From assembly GCA_964016885.1 (NCBI GenBank), contig OZ024741.1, positions 322,152,001 through 322,216,000 on the forward strand: a stretch of DNA of 64,000 nt, read 5' to 3'. Of this stretch, positions 1-14,047 are shown piece by piece. The position numbers and the translations under genes were made by a program. The stretch is from Eledone cirrhosa (taxonomy: Eukaryota). Numbering within the stretch: the stretch's first letter is position 1; every line of letters starts with the position of its first letter. Below the pieces are notes generated by a model, which searched no databases, was not told the DNA's origin, and was given only the letters and a program-made list of their open reading frames with translations.

Positions 1-1558
1 AAGTTTTATAGGTGTCCTGTGGGGCCTTAATCATTTTGAGGTGGGGGAAATCCCCTGCCTGGGTGAAGTTAGGCCCTTGTGTTTTTATTAGATTGTTGTT
101 GTACACAATGTTTAACAGTTTTTTGTTTCTTGTATTTATGTATGTGTATGCATGTTTTTGTTTTTGTGTGGTGTTTTTTGTTTGCTGTTGTGAGCTCTTT
201 TGTGTTGGTGTCAGTGTTATGTTTTGGGGAGGGGTTTTTTTCATTTGTGTGTCTGAGGTGTGTTTTCTTTTTTTTCTTTTGATTGTGTGGAAGTGCTCCT
301 CCTCGTCTGACGACGAACTAGGGTCATCTTCCGCGTTGGAGGGGAGGGGTATATTTTCGGGTTGTGTTTGCGGTACGGGTGTTTTGGAAATTGTTTTTGT
401 TTTTTGAGTGGAGGGGATGGGTTGGACATTGTTTTGTTTTGGTTTGAGCTGTGGTGGTTGTTTTTGTAGTGGTAGTTGTGGTGATTGTGTTGGTTGTGCA
501 GTTGTTGGTGGTGTAAGCAGGATTGGGGTTTTCTTATTAAGTTGGGGACAGACAGCCCTCAGGTGACCTCTGGTTCCGCAGAGGTAACACGAGGGCCGTC
601 TACCCTCAACGGTAATGTTGATGAAGGTTAGATCATCCAGTATGACGCGTTCAGGGATCTGGGCGATCCTTTCGGGCCTCATTTGAACTACAAGTTCGAG
701 GCTCGTTCCACTGAACGCGTCACCCGATGCCTTTCCCATGGACACCAGCATGTCATCCTCCAGGTCCAGAAAACCTGTCAAAACCCACCATATGTCCATA
801 ATCGGCAGGATGGTGTGGATTTTTATTTTTTGTGTTCTTCTACCCATGTACGTAGGGTAGAAGGTGTATGCGGTGGATGTGATTGGTTTGATGGACAGTT
901 TCACTGCTGTGTCCCTGTCCTTCATGAGAATGGATAGACTCCCGTAGAGTCTATCCTTCTGAATGAAGGTGATGTCCTTCATGACGTCTTTTAAAACCAG
1001 CTCTATCTCGCTCTGTGGTGGTTGAGCTGGTTTTTTACTTTTGTTCGAGATTGTCCTAAACATGACCGTGTTTAGGAGTCTCTGGCTTTTTAGTTCCGGG
1101 GGGGAATGGATTGTGAATGAACCATTTTCCCCGTACACTATATATTTTTTCGCATCCGCCAGTAGCTCCTTCGCTTTTGTTATATCTACTGGCAGATAGT
1201 CGAGGGTTTTCCTTGTCGTCTCGGCGAAGGAGAAATTTCGTTTGTTTGTGTTGTTGTTGTCGTTGGTGGTGTTGTTGTTATCATTGTTGTTGTTGTCACC
1301 GTTATTGGTCTTGTTGTTGTTATTGTTATTGTTATTGGTGTTGTTTTCGTCCGTCGCATTGTTGTTGTTGTTGCTGTTGCTGCTGGTTCTTTGGGTTGTT
1401 GCCATGGCAACGTCAAGTTGTCGGTTAACAGGTGGAGAGAATTCTTCCTCTGGCTGACCTATCTTCTTGACCTCTGCTACTGTGACAGTGGCAGGGGGAA
1501 GCTGTAAGTTCATCTTCCCCTTTCCTCCTTCGAATTTTGGTGAAGAAGCTTCGGCCAT
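1..1558 (-). CDS. ORF1 (gag-like, CCHC zinc knuckle) of a non-LTR retrotransposon, probably L1/Tx1-like; open to the left window edge
   Basis: Manual translation from ATG 1558 (MAEASSPKFEGGKGK...) has no stop down to base 1 (about 519 codons). It has an Asn-rich N-terminus, then ...INITVEGRRPSCYLCGTRGHLRAVCPQ (CX2CX4HX4C at 548-589), a Pro/Thr/Gln-rich tail and an NLS-like KRKKRK. It is absent from the ORF track because the stop lies outside the window. Confidence 0.85.
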   Translation of the reverse strand, partial: MAEASSPKFEGGKGKMNLQLPPATVTVAEVKKIGQPEEEFSPPVNRQLDVAMATTQRTSSNSNNNNNATDENNTNNNNNNNNKTNNGDNNNNDNNNTTNDNNNTNKRNFSFAETTRKTLDYLPVDITKAKELLADAKKYIVYGENGSFTIHSPPELKSQRLLNTVMFRTISNKSKKPAQPPQSEIELVLKDVMKDITFIQKDRLYGSLSILMKDRDTAVKLSIKPITSTAYTFYPTYMGRRTQKIKIHTILPIMDIWWVLTGFLDLEDDMLVSMGKASGDAFSGTSLELVVQMRPERIAQIPERVILDDLTFINITVEGRRPSCYLCGTRGHLRAVCPQLNKKTPILLTPPTTAQPTQSPQLPLQKQPPQLKPKQNNVQPIPSTQKTKTISKTPVPQTQPENIPLPSNAEDDPSSSSDEEEHFHTIKRKKRKHTSDTQMKKTPPQNITLTPTQKSSQQQTKNTTQKQKHAYTYINTRNKKLLNIVYNNNLIKTQGPNFTQAGDFPHLKMIKAPQDTYKT

Positions 1559-1768
1559 TTAAAAAAATATTGACTTTTCAACAAGAAAAAACTTTTTTTT
1601 TAACTATTTCGCCTAAAGGCGTAGAATATTTTGAGAGACTGACCAGATCAAAGTTTGACCTGGCAGTCCCTCTACAAAATGGTACAAAAATTAAAGTTAT
1701 CAGACAAGAATTTCTATAGAAATTTAAACAGAACTTACTCAGCAAGTTATACGCGTGTGTCCATCCCA
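1..1768 (-). mobile_element. 5' part of a young non-LTR retrotransposon (5'UTR about 1559-1768 plus ORF1), inside intron 1 of the K2P gene
   Basis: Intact ORF1 preceded by about 210 bp of unique sequence that abuts the (GATA)n/(GA)n tract. Confidence 0.7.
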
Positions 1769-1970
<202 letters not shown>

Positions 1971-2479
1971 ATATATATATCATAGTATAATGTATCTACA
2001 ATGCTGCATGCCTACAATAGTCATGGTTTCTACTACAATGAAGCATTGATTATTTGTTTGGGAAGTGGGCGTTAATTTTTTTGACACACTTCTCCACTAG
2101 AAATTCTTACCTTAGCTTACTAAACAAAGTTTATGGCCCCTAACAAAGTCTAACATAATCCTTCCCAAATGTAAACCCAACTAACAATAATACTAAACCT
2201 AAATCTAACTCGTTAGCTATTCTTATGTAATATTGTTTTTGAGATATTACATGTGATGGAGGAATATAAATTGTAAAACTACACCTTGTGTGTTCCTTTA
2301 TCTATTTATACATATGTATCTGTCAGTAACTCTTTAAAATTTACACACACATATAGTAGTATGGCCCTGATAGAGTTGTAGGGGCGCTGTATTGCTATAC
2401 AGCATTTCTTGGGCATTTTAAGCCTGGTGGAGCCCATCCCTCTCCAGGTCTGAGTACAGCAGATAGAAAGTGAGAGGAA

Positions 2480-2990
2480 TGAGAAAGAGACCTCTGCCCA
2501 GGTCTTTCTTGGTTATTCTCTATTGCTACTTCCTTCCACTGGGATTTCCTGGCATTTTGTCACCCATTGGTCATTGTCCATGAGCATCACATGTCCATAC
2601 CAATGCAGTCTTCTCTCCTGCACACCATCTCGGATTCCCCTTAAACCCAGTTTCTCTCTCAGCTTGTCCAAGCTCTGCCTTTTTCTTGCATCAACATTGC
2701 ACATCCAACAAAACATGGCTGCTTCATCCCTCTCGTGTTTATGCATGCCCTTTGCAGTCACAGCCCATGTTTCACTACAATGCAGAGCAATGTACACCAC
2801 ACACAGGCGTCATACAGCCTTCCTTTTGTATGTAGGCAGAAATCTTTTGTTGTCAGCAGTGGGAGAAGTTCTCTAAACTTCTTCCATCCTACCCTTATTC
2901 TAGCTATTATACTCTTGGTGCAGCCTCCTTCGCTACTAATTAGGTCACCTAGATAGCAGAAGCTATCAACCACGTCTATGGATCCTTCCA
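2480..2990 (-). mobile_element. RTE-clade LINE 3' fragment (degenerate)
   Basis: Frameshifted peptides VDSFCYLGDLISSEGG...RVGWKKFRELLPLL and ERRLHWYGHVMLM; homologous to 26570-27200. Confidence 0.85.
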
Positions 2991-4032
2991 GTATATATAT
3001 ATAGATATATATATATATATATATATTCTATCCATGCTCCTCTCCAGTTTTCATTTTTTAGCTTTTGTCCCCTAACACCCCTAGAAAACTTGCCAAACAA
3101 AGGATTGTGAAGACCCTTCAATTGTGTAAAGGATATGAAAGCCTCCTTAATGTTGGTGATCTACACAATATATGCACCTAATACATGTTGTAAAGTGGTT
3201 GGTGATAGGAAGGGCATCCAGCCATAGAAAGCTTTCCAAACAAAGGGTTAGGAGGACCCTTCAGTTGTGTCAAGGACATGACAGCTTCTTCTGTGCACTT
3301 GATAGAACATAAGACCATACGTAAGAGAGATGCATGCTCCCTTGCTTGTCTGGGAGGTCAGTAGCCCCACTTCAGTACTGATTTGGTCTATGTAAACCCA
3401 TCCAACCCTTTCTAGCAGGGGAAGCGGACCTTAAATAACAACGATGATGATGATACATATAAATATAGTTGTAAAGTTGTATAAATAAAGATAGTTGGAC
3501 ATTTGGGAGACTACATACTCCGAAGACAACTATCGTTTCCTTTTGGCTTGTTCTTTATTGGGTAATTATTTAATCATTTATATTGAGAAAGAGAAAACCT
3601 TTACACTCAAACATGTCATCTTATATATATATATATATATATGTCTGAAATTTGCTGTTGAAACAGCAAAAGCTCAGCTGTCAGGCCCCAACTCTCTAAT
3701 GGAAAAAAAAAAATTTTTTTTGAAGATGTACAATATTTGATAAGTCTTTGTCATATTGAACATATTTTTTTGTTTCTTTAGAATATTGTCATAACATAAG
3801 TATTAGTTCAATAACTTGTATTGAAACATTCGTAAGGCTATTAAATGATTTGAGAAATCTATTCTATCATCTTAATTTATTGAATATGCTCTGTGCCATT
3901 ATGTGTCAATTATTTTTTCTTTTGTTAAATAACATCTTTTCATCTTTTCTATATTTCTATCTAGAATGATGTAAACACATTGAATTTAAAAATATCATGA
4001 ATTGGCAATATCGATTCTTTTTGGTTAACTCC

Positions 4033-4064
<32 letters not shown>

Positions 4065-4443
4065 ATATATACACACACATACACATCAAATTAAAAATAC
4101 GAGGAAATAATAGACAAAAATATACCTATTTTTTCTACAAAATCCCAACTGCAGCTCTGTCGAATCTGTTTGCAGCAATTTATGCACTATAGAAGTGCAC
4201 CATCACTGTGAGGTTGATAAGGCTTATCAAGAGAACCCTCAAACAGGACTTTCTTGACGTGTTCGTAACAAATGAGAAATTCTCGAGAGGCAGAGGGAGA
4301 AATTAACATGTGATACAGTGGTCACAGAAGGGTAGTAAAGGTGGACAATAAGTGAGTACCGTATTTGCTAGAAAAAGCAGTTAGCACACGCTTGGTTAAC
4401 TCGACTATACGGGAGTTTGGGACAATATGATAATGATATACAC

Positions 4444-4480
<37 letters not shown>

Positions 4481-4502
4481 GTATTTGTATATATAGTCAT
4501 AT

Positions 4503-4533
<31 letters not shown>

Positions 4534-5019
4534 CACATATATATAAACAACCACCCGGTTATTAAGCCAACTAGAAATTTGTAATAACAGGTGTGTTCGT
4601 TGCATGACCCTCCCAAAGTATAATAATATGAATATATATAGTGCAGGGCGATCAAAATTGATGGTAGTTACGGAGTAGGTAGACCAAAAACCTGGGACAA
4701 TCTGATAAATTCCGACCTTACACACTTGCACCTCTCTAAAACAATGTCACTGGACCGAGATCTTTGGTGCTACGCAGTAATACAGAAGACCCGCCTTGCC
4801 TATGTACAAAGCGAAACCTACTGTCAGCAGGCACCTCTTAACCAAATATACACCCCAATCCACTACCCCTACCCTATCCTCCCACTCCCACCAACACCAC
4901 CTTCTCTTTGTAAAGTTGGTACCACAACATCCAGTCCAAATAAATGAGATAACGAGATTGAGATCGTGTAGGTGTCACGACAAAAAAAACACACCATCCA
5001 CGCTGTAATGTGGCCGTGT

Positions 5020-5219
5020 AGGTAACACGGTAAAAAGTTGCCAGTTCCACACTGTAAATGTGGTTGGCGTTAGGAATGGCATCCAGCAGTAGAAAACCTG
5101 CCAGATAGTCCTATATGAGCGAGACACGGTCACCCGACTAACCTTGCCTCAAGTGGGACAACTCCCGTCTAACCCATGCTAGCATGGAAGGTGGACGTTA
5201 AACGAAGATGATGATGATG

Positions 5220-5222
<3 letters not shown>
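5020..5222 (+). mobile_element. RTE-associated short interspersed repeat (related copies near 3150-3455, 5250-5430, 17560-17860)
   Basis: Recurrent GGTTGGCGTTAGGAAxGGCATCCAGC motif and the same GGACGTTAAAxGATGATGATG tail as the RTE copies. Confidence 0.6.
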
Positions 5223-5250
<28 letters not shown>

Positions 5251-6448
5251 GTAAATGTGGTTGGCATTAAGGTCATCCAGCTGTAGAAACCAAGCCAAAA
5301 TCAGTTTTATATGAACAAGACATGGTCACCTGGCCTGGCCTATCTCACAACAGGAAAACTCGTCTAACCCATGCTAACGTGAAAAAATGGCTGTTAAACA
5401 GTGGTGGTGCTGATGATGATGATCATCATCATCATCATTTAACGTCTATTTTCCACACTAGCATGGATTATATATATATATATAAAATATCTTCGACTGT
5501 TATTTGAGCAGAGGTTCACTGTATAGCAAACCACAGTTATTTCAGCAGAGCTCAATACATTGCAAATGTTGAGACTAGGTTTCAGGTTTGGGAACCACTC
5601 AATGTCTTGATAGTCTGTTCCTTATTGCAGAAGCAACCTATAAGTCCTGGTTTATTCCTCTCTCTCTTTCTCTCAGAATCCCAGTGAGGTTCATGGTCAC
5701 CGTCATTCCTTTTTTTTTAAATATTGTGTGTGTATTTATGTGTTGGATCTCTTTTGGTTTTGAGTGCTAACTGGTGGAGCATTCCACAGACATGTGTAAC
5801 CTGCCTGGGGATGCAGCATGATACAATGTGTGCCAAGGCTGGCCCTTTTATTTCAGCTGAGTAAACTGGAGTAATGTTAAAACATTGCTCAAGGAAACAA
5901 CATATCGCCTAATCAAGGAATTAACTCATGAGCCAAACACCATAACTACTAAGCCACATAAGTTACTCTTTTCTCATTAAGCCATAAAAATCACACCCTT
6001 GCCAAAATAAACAAAAAACAAACAAACAATAACAATGGTCCAACGGGGCCCATAAGTCCTGAAGGAGTTGTATGGACACCATCATGATTTACAGTGAGTC
6101 TTGGGCATAGATTCCATCCCTTTTCGGGTTTGAACACAGCTGACTTCTTCCAGACAGCAAGTGAGATCAAGACACAGCTACTCATACTGATGTTAAGGTA
6201 TTGTTCTCAAAATAAATAGTATCAAAATCTTATAGATTCAATATTATGTGAGATTATGTGATGTAAAGCCTTTACCATGAAAATATAATAGTAAATATAG
6301 AGTAATGTAAATGCTAAAAGGTTAAGTTCTGTTTGATGGTCTAACATCTCTACCAATTTGCCACCTTCCAACAATAAAAGCAAAAACGGAATAAAAGAAA
6401 AATGAAAATCAACAATATAAAATAAGCAAGGAATAAAATCTGACTCAC

Positions 6449-6731
6449 CTATCGTTGTGATGACAGTGGTAGCAAAGTAAAAAGCTCCTGCAAACTTCCA
6501 CTGTATACCTGCCTTCAATGGTACAGATTTAATAACGTTCCGAGTAAGAATCCGGAAATCATCCGATGTGATATTGTATTTAGTTAATAGCCTTGACTCT
6601 TCGTTCTGAAGTTTGCGTTTCATTTCATTCTCATATTCAGATTCCAAGGCATCGAAGACTGCAGCACCGACCAAGAGATATGTGAAGGTGCAAACTATTA
6701 GCGACAAAGTCCGTACGTTCTGTTTCTTCAT
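6449..6731 (-). CDS. KCNK9: First coding exon of a TASK-type two-pore-domain potassium channel (KCNK9/KCNK3-like); downstream exons lie left of the window
   Basis: GCCATG start, then [31 protein letters not shown]...[19 protein letters not shown], nearly identical to the TASK-1/TASK-3 N-terminus, M1 and P1. The exon ends at a canonical donor G|GTGAGT (283 coding nt, phase 1, inside the TIGYG filter). KCNK9 versus KCNK3 cannot be resolved in an invertebrate. Confidence 0.95.
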
Positions 6732-6838
6732 GGCCTAACATTGGCACTGGTTTTATTTCAGCTTCTATGTAGCTTTTTTTTCTTTGATTGTGTTTTGTGT
6801 AGAGGGAATGATGGGATTTTATGTATGTGTAAATGTAT

Positions 6839-6883
<45 letters not shown>

Positions 6884-7584
6884 GTGTGTGTGTTTTAATA
6901 TATATGTGTTTTGGAAGGATTATGTAAATACAGGAGTAACCTGTTGTGGGGTGTGTGTCTTGTTTGAGTTGGGTTGGCAATTTAACCCTAATTGTTGTGT
7001 TACAGTTTTGTAGTTTTACCTTGCTTCAAATTTTGAAGTACTGTTTATGGATTTCTGGATTCTGTTTAGTGGTTTAAGAAGGGCTGTATCCTGTTTTTTT
7101 TTTGTCTCTCTCTCTCTTGGTTTTCACGTTTCTGACTTGAGGATCAAGGTTTTAGATGTCTATATTCTGGAATTAAGGATAACTCCCAAGTTTTAAATAT
7201 TCCGTTGGTTTTAGTGTTTGGTTTGTCTAGCAGGGCTTTAGCTAGTGTTTCTTTATTGGTACACTTAGCTTATTTCAGTATATATATTATATATATATCA
7301 CATATGTATATATATGTCAGTATATATACATAAAAAACATTTCTTTGTTGCAAATTATTAATCCATTGAAGAAATGAGGTGAATTGACAAATAACATTAA
7401 TATATATTACATATATATGAATAAATTTGTATACTTATGTGTATATTTTGATGTGCATAAATAAGTGTATATATAAATATGTATATTTATATGCATTTGT
7501 ATATTTTATCCATAAATATATATATATCGAGGCAAAACATGTATGTGTGACAAAAGGAGTAGAAAAGGTGTGTATGTGTGTGTG

Positions 7585-7647
<63 letters not shown>

Positions 7648-7823
7648 CCAAATATCACGAATGGAAGGAGGTGATGATGATGAAATCTCTATTTTAATGA
7701 AATGTAGTGAGCACAGACAAAAATAATAATAATAAGAGACAGTTGGGTGGTTGGATGGATGGATGGATGGAGATCATTGGAAAGATGAAGACTTTGAAGA
7801 TTCGGTTAACTTGTGTCTGTGTC

Positions 7824-7930
<107 letters not shown>

Positions 7931-10187
7931 CTTGGAAAGTCAGATGCTCAATGTGTGTGTTATATGTATATAATTAGTATATGTATCTATTTATATATAT
8001 ATATATTATGTGTGTGTGTATCTATGCTTATAGTATGTTGTTATTGTTTATTATGCAAGAAATTCTTGACATTGTAAATTGTTGCAGTTATATTACTGTT
8101 ACAGATGTCTTTTGCTTTTTCTTCACTTATTATTATTATTGTTGTTGTTGAGTTGCACCAGCTGTTGTTTATTGATTGCGAACGTCTGTGGCAATTACTA
8201 TTTTATTTATGTATTCATTTATTTATTATATTTATTCATGTATTTATTTAATAAATATTACTTCGAAGTTGCTGTTGCTATCTAAATATTTTAGTAGAAA
8301 TTATTATTCTTATTGTTATTATGAAATTGTTACTAAACTTGTGAAGAAGTTGATTCTAAGGAGGTGGCTTTTGTAAATAAAGAATTGGGCAAATTCAGGA
8401 GATAGATAGTGTGTGTGTGTGTGTGTGAGATAGATAGATAGAGAGAAATTCTAGATAGACAAAGAGGAGACAGATAAATAGAGAGATAGCTAAAGGAAAG
8501 GTAGAGCAACCGATAGTCAACAACCGGAACACAATGGTAGGCACTAACACATATACACACGGACATACACTCACACACTTATACATGCACTCACTCACCC
8601 ACACACACTCACACACACACCTGCCTACTTCCTAAACAAAGATGAGTTATTAAATCAATGTACTCTTTTCAAACCTATGTACACATACATATATTACATA
8701 ATACATACATATGAAATATATATATTACACACACAAAATAGAGAGAGAGAGAGAAATTTAGGAAAAAAAAAAAAAATCAAAATAAATAAAGGTTCCTTTG
8801 AAAAAAGGAATTACATTTCTCGCTACTTATTTTCATTCCATTTCAAATTTATCTCATTTTTGTGTATTTTTCTCTATCATATATCACATTGTTGTTGGCT
8901 TTTAATATTAAATAAAACCGATTTTTTCTTCACTTTTCTCCGATTTGTTTCGCTTCTCCAATCATTAGGAGAAATAAACGAAAACGTGAAAAATATCCGT
9001 TTATGTTTTTTTAAATATAAATATCATACAGATCTTTTTCTCTTCATTGTATTTTTTAACGTAAAAAATATAAGATTTCAGTTATTTAGGACGAGGGAAA
9101 CATGAATGTATAACATTCACGCATTTCCCATAATTATTATTAGTAGTAATAATATTAGTATTAGCGATGTAAGTGAAGCAATCCGAAGTGAAAATCGAAA
9201 CCTTAATTGCCGTTTGATTTATCAACATCTCCTGTGGTTGTTGATATATCTGTTGTTACTTCCGTATTTATATATATATCTATATATTTTTACATAAATA
9301 TATAGATATTGTTAAACTATTTTTTATTTAAGTTTTTATACTTTTATACTGTTATAATTTTTGTTTTTTTTTTCCAATAATTTGTTAGTTCGTTTCAGCG
9401 ATCACAGTTGTGGCCACGCTAGGGCAATGCCTTTAGTTGATGTTTTGCTAACTGGATAATGATGGTGTGTTTGTTGTTATGAAAACATCATCCAGCGACG
9501 GATCTTTCCCACTTTTTTTTTTCGTTTAATGTTTGGTGGTTTTATTTATAGTTTTAATCCGTTTCTTTCTTTGAATTTGGTTCGTGGTCAGTCGGTCTAT
9601 CTTCCTGTTGCACAGCAGACAAGTTGTCATCTTTAAAGAGAGAAAGAAAGCAAATGAGTGTGATGACGGAGTGAATGAGAGCAGGGAAGAGTGAGCGAAA
9701 GACGTATAAGAGACAGAGAAAGTTAATGAGAGTGGAATGGGAAAAATTGACCGAAAGAATAGTAAAACGTGAAGAAAAGAGAGAAATATAGAGGATAAAG
9801 GTAATAAAGGGGGGAGAGAGAGAGAGAGAGAAGTGCGCTTGTCACAGTAGTAAAGTGTCAGAGTGCCATAGAGACAGGTGTAAAGAAAGTGAATGGGTAT
9901 TTGAAATAGAGAGTGTTAGACGGTGTTAGAGAGTGTTAGACTGACAGATAGGTAAACACACAGATAAACTGACAGATAGATAAACACACACACACAAAAC
10001 AAGGGCGAACACAGGACAAAGCCAACGGAAAAACGGACAGTCCCATCTCAGTCAATCTCTGGAAAGCACTAGTTTCGGATACTTAAGACTGATACTATTC
10101 ATTCCAGTGCACATTAGGACGTAACATAAGTGGTAGAGACAAGATAGTACAAGTTATGCCTTTCGGTGAAATTACACACACACACAC

Positions 10188-10220
<33 letters not shown>

Positions 10221-10374
10221 GGCGTGTATATATATGAACCTAATACCAACACAGTTCGTACTGCACTCATTTTTGTTTTGTTCCTTGCTAATATATATAT
10301 ATATATATATATTATATATTCCTACCACTGCCCAGTATCCTCTTATCTTTCTATTCTTTAATTTCTCATTCTAT

Positions 10375-10408
10375 TCTTGATGAAGGGCTAGCGTCCGAAA
10401 CGTCAAGA
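10375..10408 (+). ncRNA. Minimal hammerhead ribozyme motif (PLE pLTR type)
   Basis: TCTTGATGA-AGGGC-TAGC-GTCC-GAAAC-GTC-AAGA; same architecture as the motif in the 54-59 kb PLE repeats. Confidence 0.65.
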
Positions 10409-10490
10409 CTTTTCCTACTATATCAAACGTAAAACAACTAATATGTTTCTTCATTCTACTGTCATTTGCTTTGTTATTTCTGTTTGCCTT

Positions 10491-10572
<82 letters not shown>

Positions 10573-11016
10573 TGTCTTGCTGAAGAATTTAGCACCAGAA
10601 ACCTTTAGCAAAATAGAAGTAAGCTAATCTCTCTCTCTGTATGTGACTGACTTTATGTGATTATGTATGTGTGTGTGACAGACGCTTCATGCGACTATGT
10701 GTGATTGATACTTTGTGTATGTAAATGTGATTGACTTTATGTGATTATGTATGTGTAATACTTTATGTATGCGTGTGTAACTGACTTTATGTATTTATGC
10801 ATGTGTGTATGTTTGTGTGTTTGCGTGTCACTGATACTTTTTATGTGATGATCCATCTCTGTGACTATCTTATTTGTACATTTATGACTCTTTCACACTC
10901 AGTAATGTTTTGTGACTATAATAGATGTCACACATACACACACTCTCAGTAATGTTTTGTGACTGTATTAGATGTCACACATGCACACTCAGTAATTTTC
11001 TGTAACTGCATTACAC

Positions 11017-11053
<37 letters not shown>

Positions 11054-11483
11054 TTTCTGCGGCTATGTATACATGTAACATACACACACCCTTTCTCAAT
11101 CTCTCTTTAAAACTATATATGTATTACATGAAACACACACATTTGCTCTTAGTGCATGTGTGAGCGAATGTTTGTGTATGCATGTGTGTACTTCTAACGT
11201 GTTTCTCCAGATTCCGTACATGCATGTATGTGTGTGTATGTGTGGTTTATTGTCACCTCTCTATCTCCCCATCTTTCGTATTTTAGAATAGGAGAAAAAA
11301 TAAATAAATAAACAGACAGTCTAACAAATGATCTAAAATACTAAAGGGAAGGTGCGTCGCTTTTCTTTAACAAACTAACGATGAAATGGGAAAGACAACA
11401 AAATATGTGTGTGAAGTGAGAGTGTGTGTGTATACGTGAGACATGTGTATACGCGAGACAGAGTAGGTTTTGCATATACACAC

Positions 11484-11518
<35 letters not shown>

Positions 11519-11890
11519 GACGCACACAGCCACAAGAACACTGACACACACATATATATATATATATGGTTTAAGCTTAGTCGTCGAGCAAAGAATCTCT
11601 ATACTAATATCTACACTACTTTCCTTAAATATAGAGTACTAAGTTGAAAAATAGTATTTACATTTATTCATTGCAGGGCCTTGTCGTGCCACATAAAATA
11701 ACAAAAAAAAAAACACGACAGCGTTGATGATGATGGTGGTGATAATTGTTACTTATCGTGTGATAGTGATAAGAAAAGGAAAGAAAACAGCAATTGTGTA
11801 ACAATTTCTAAAATTATTGAACATTACACGAAAGGGAAGAGAAAGAGTTAATATAATTAAAGATTGACGTGTAACGAGAATTATGGAAGG

Positions 11891-11936
<46 letters not shown>

Positions 11937-13080
11937 ATACATACATACCCGTGTTTATCTACTATCTACATGTTCGGTTTTTCAATTTCCTTCTTATTGT
12001 ATAACACCCTACATGCACACATACATATACTCTAAGAAGGAAATTGAAAAACCGAACATGTAAATAGCAGATAAACAGTGGTGTGTGTGTATATATATAT
12101 ATATATAAATATATATATCATAATCATTTTACGTCCGCTTTTCCCTGTTAGACAGGAGATAAAATAATTAGACAGATACACAGTCAGACAGACGAATAAA
12201 TAGATATAGAGATGAATAAAAGGACATGCGACAGACGAACGGACAGGTAAATTACTGTAACTTGCATAGATAGATGGACAGTCACAGGTAGACAGAATGA
12301 CAGATTATACACACACACACACATATATATATATATAAAATATATATATATATGTCTATATAATCTTTTTGAGAGGGGATAGATGTGTTTATTATATATA
12401 AAGGAACAAAAGCGAATGTAATATCAGAAAAAATAACAATCTGGTCAGGTTACAGCACATTCAGTACATCGCATGCATGCATATATATATATATATATAG
12501 AGAGAGAGAAAACAGACAGACAGACACGCAAGTGGGTATTTATATTGTGTATAATAACATTTAAGAGAAAGCTATAACGTATTTAAAGGAAACAAGCTAG
12601 AGTGTAAAAGAGGTGTGAAAAGAAAGGCAGAGAGATAGGTAGAGACAGACATACAGACAGACAATCACCACGCAGAGTGAGAGCAAATGTGAAGAATGGT
12701 TACTTTCGCAACATTTCTCCGAAAATGTCTACAGATGCTTTAAAACCCAGTCTGTTTATTCGAATACAGAGCCAACCACCAAACACACAGTAGAATTCGT
12801 ATATTTTAGATAAGGTCCATTGAAAAATATCCGAGGTAGACAAGGAATATATATATATAAATATATATATATAAAAGGACGGACAATAATAGAGAGATAG
12901 ATACGTAGGTAGAGAGATTGTCAAATGAATGTTTATGAAGTGCAGAGCCAAGAGGTGTGTAAAACAATCTTGTACATAGGTAAGTATTTTTCGTTTCGAT
13001 TATATAAATGAAAAAAAAAAAAAAGAGAAGAGACAGATGGCTAGGTAGGACATTAGATATAAAGATAGGTAGACAAATAA

Positions 13081-13149
<69 letters not shown>

Positions 13150-13839
13150 GAGATATATAAATACGAAGACGGAGGGAAGGTTTGATAGATATATGGGAAG
13201 ACAGCTTATGTAGAAGAGATAAGCAAACAAATAGATATGTTTCTTTTGATAAGCAAACAAATAGATAGAAAGAAAGACAGCTTAATAAACAGACAAATAT
13301 AGATAGAGATAAAGGAAGAAAAAGAGGGAAAATAGAGAGAGAAATGGACAGGCAGTTAAAGAGAGACAAAAAATACACCGATGGCTAGATTGATAGATAC
13401 AGTGACATATAGACAGGCAGATAGATATGTAAGTAGAGAGCTATATAGATAGATACATGGATAAATTAGCAGGAAAGAATGACAGAGAGAAAATACAGTA
13501 TGGTGTTTGTACGTACTAAAAATACATACAATAGTTGGAACGTGATGAGTTGGTTTACTCCACAACTGCAATCCCGATGTTAAACACTTGACGTATCCTG
13601 TTATAATTGCTTTCTCTTCACTGCTGCTGCTCTACTCTGCCTTCTGTTCTGCTGCGCCTGCCGATGGTGCTGTCCTTTACATTGTTGATGTTACTATCAG
13701 TATCATTATTATTGATTTCTTTTAAGTGTGCAAGCCGTTGTAGGCCGAGCGTGCGAGCGGGCGGGTGGGCGACATCGAAGCTACCGGCTTTGCTGTCTTT
13801 GCGAGACGGTTTCGATTCAGGCTCGTTGAAGTAAAGGAA

Positions 13840-14047
13840 AGGAGTCGATTGTCAGATCGTAGGACCGAGGAATCAACGTTTCCATTGGTCTTTCCGTTGG
13901 TGATACTATCTGCTGGTCGCAACTCATGGCTGAATGAGTAACGAAAAGTAGAATATTTCGCTCAAAAACAACGCGTCACACGGTCCAAGAATCGAACTCA
14001 TGACTATATGATTAAGTGTCCAGCTTTGACCACTAGGTCACGCACCT
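13840..14047 (-). mobile_element. tRNA-derived CORE-type SINE (old copy)
   Basis: Minus strand has A box TGACCTAGTGG and B box GAGTTCGATTC; body homologous to 53878-54094 and 23345-23450. Confidence 0.7.

Noticed and set aside
6222-6448. C-terminal part of the 169-aa ORF as channel protein
   Set aside because: Read-through into the intron past the GTGAGT donor; similarity to TASK stops at TTIG.
10577-10612. CTGAAGA...GAAAC hammerhead-like string
   Set aside because: No credible stem II and weak stem I; not counted.
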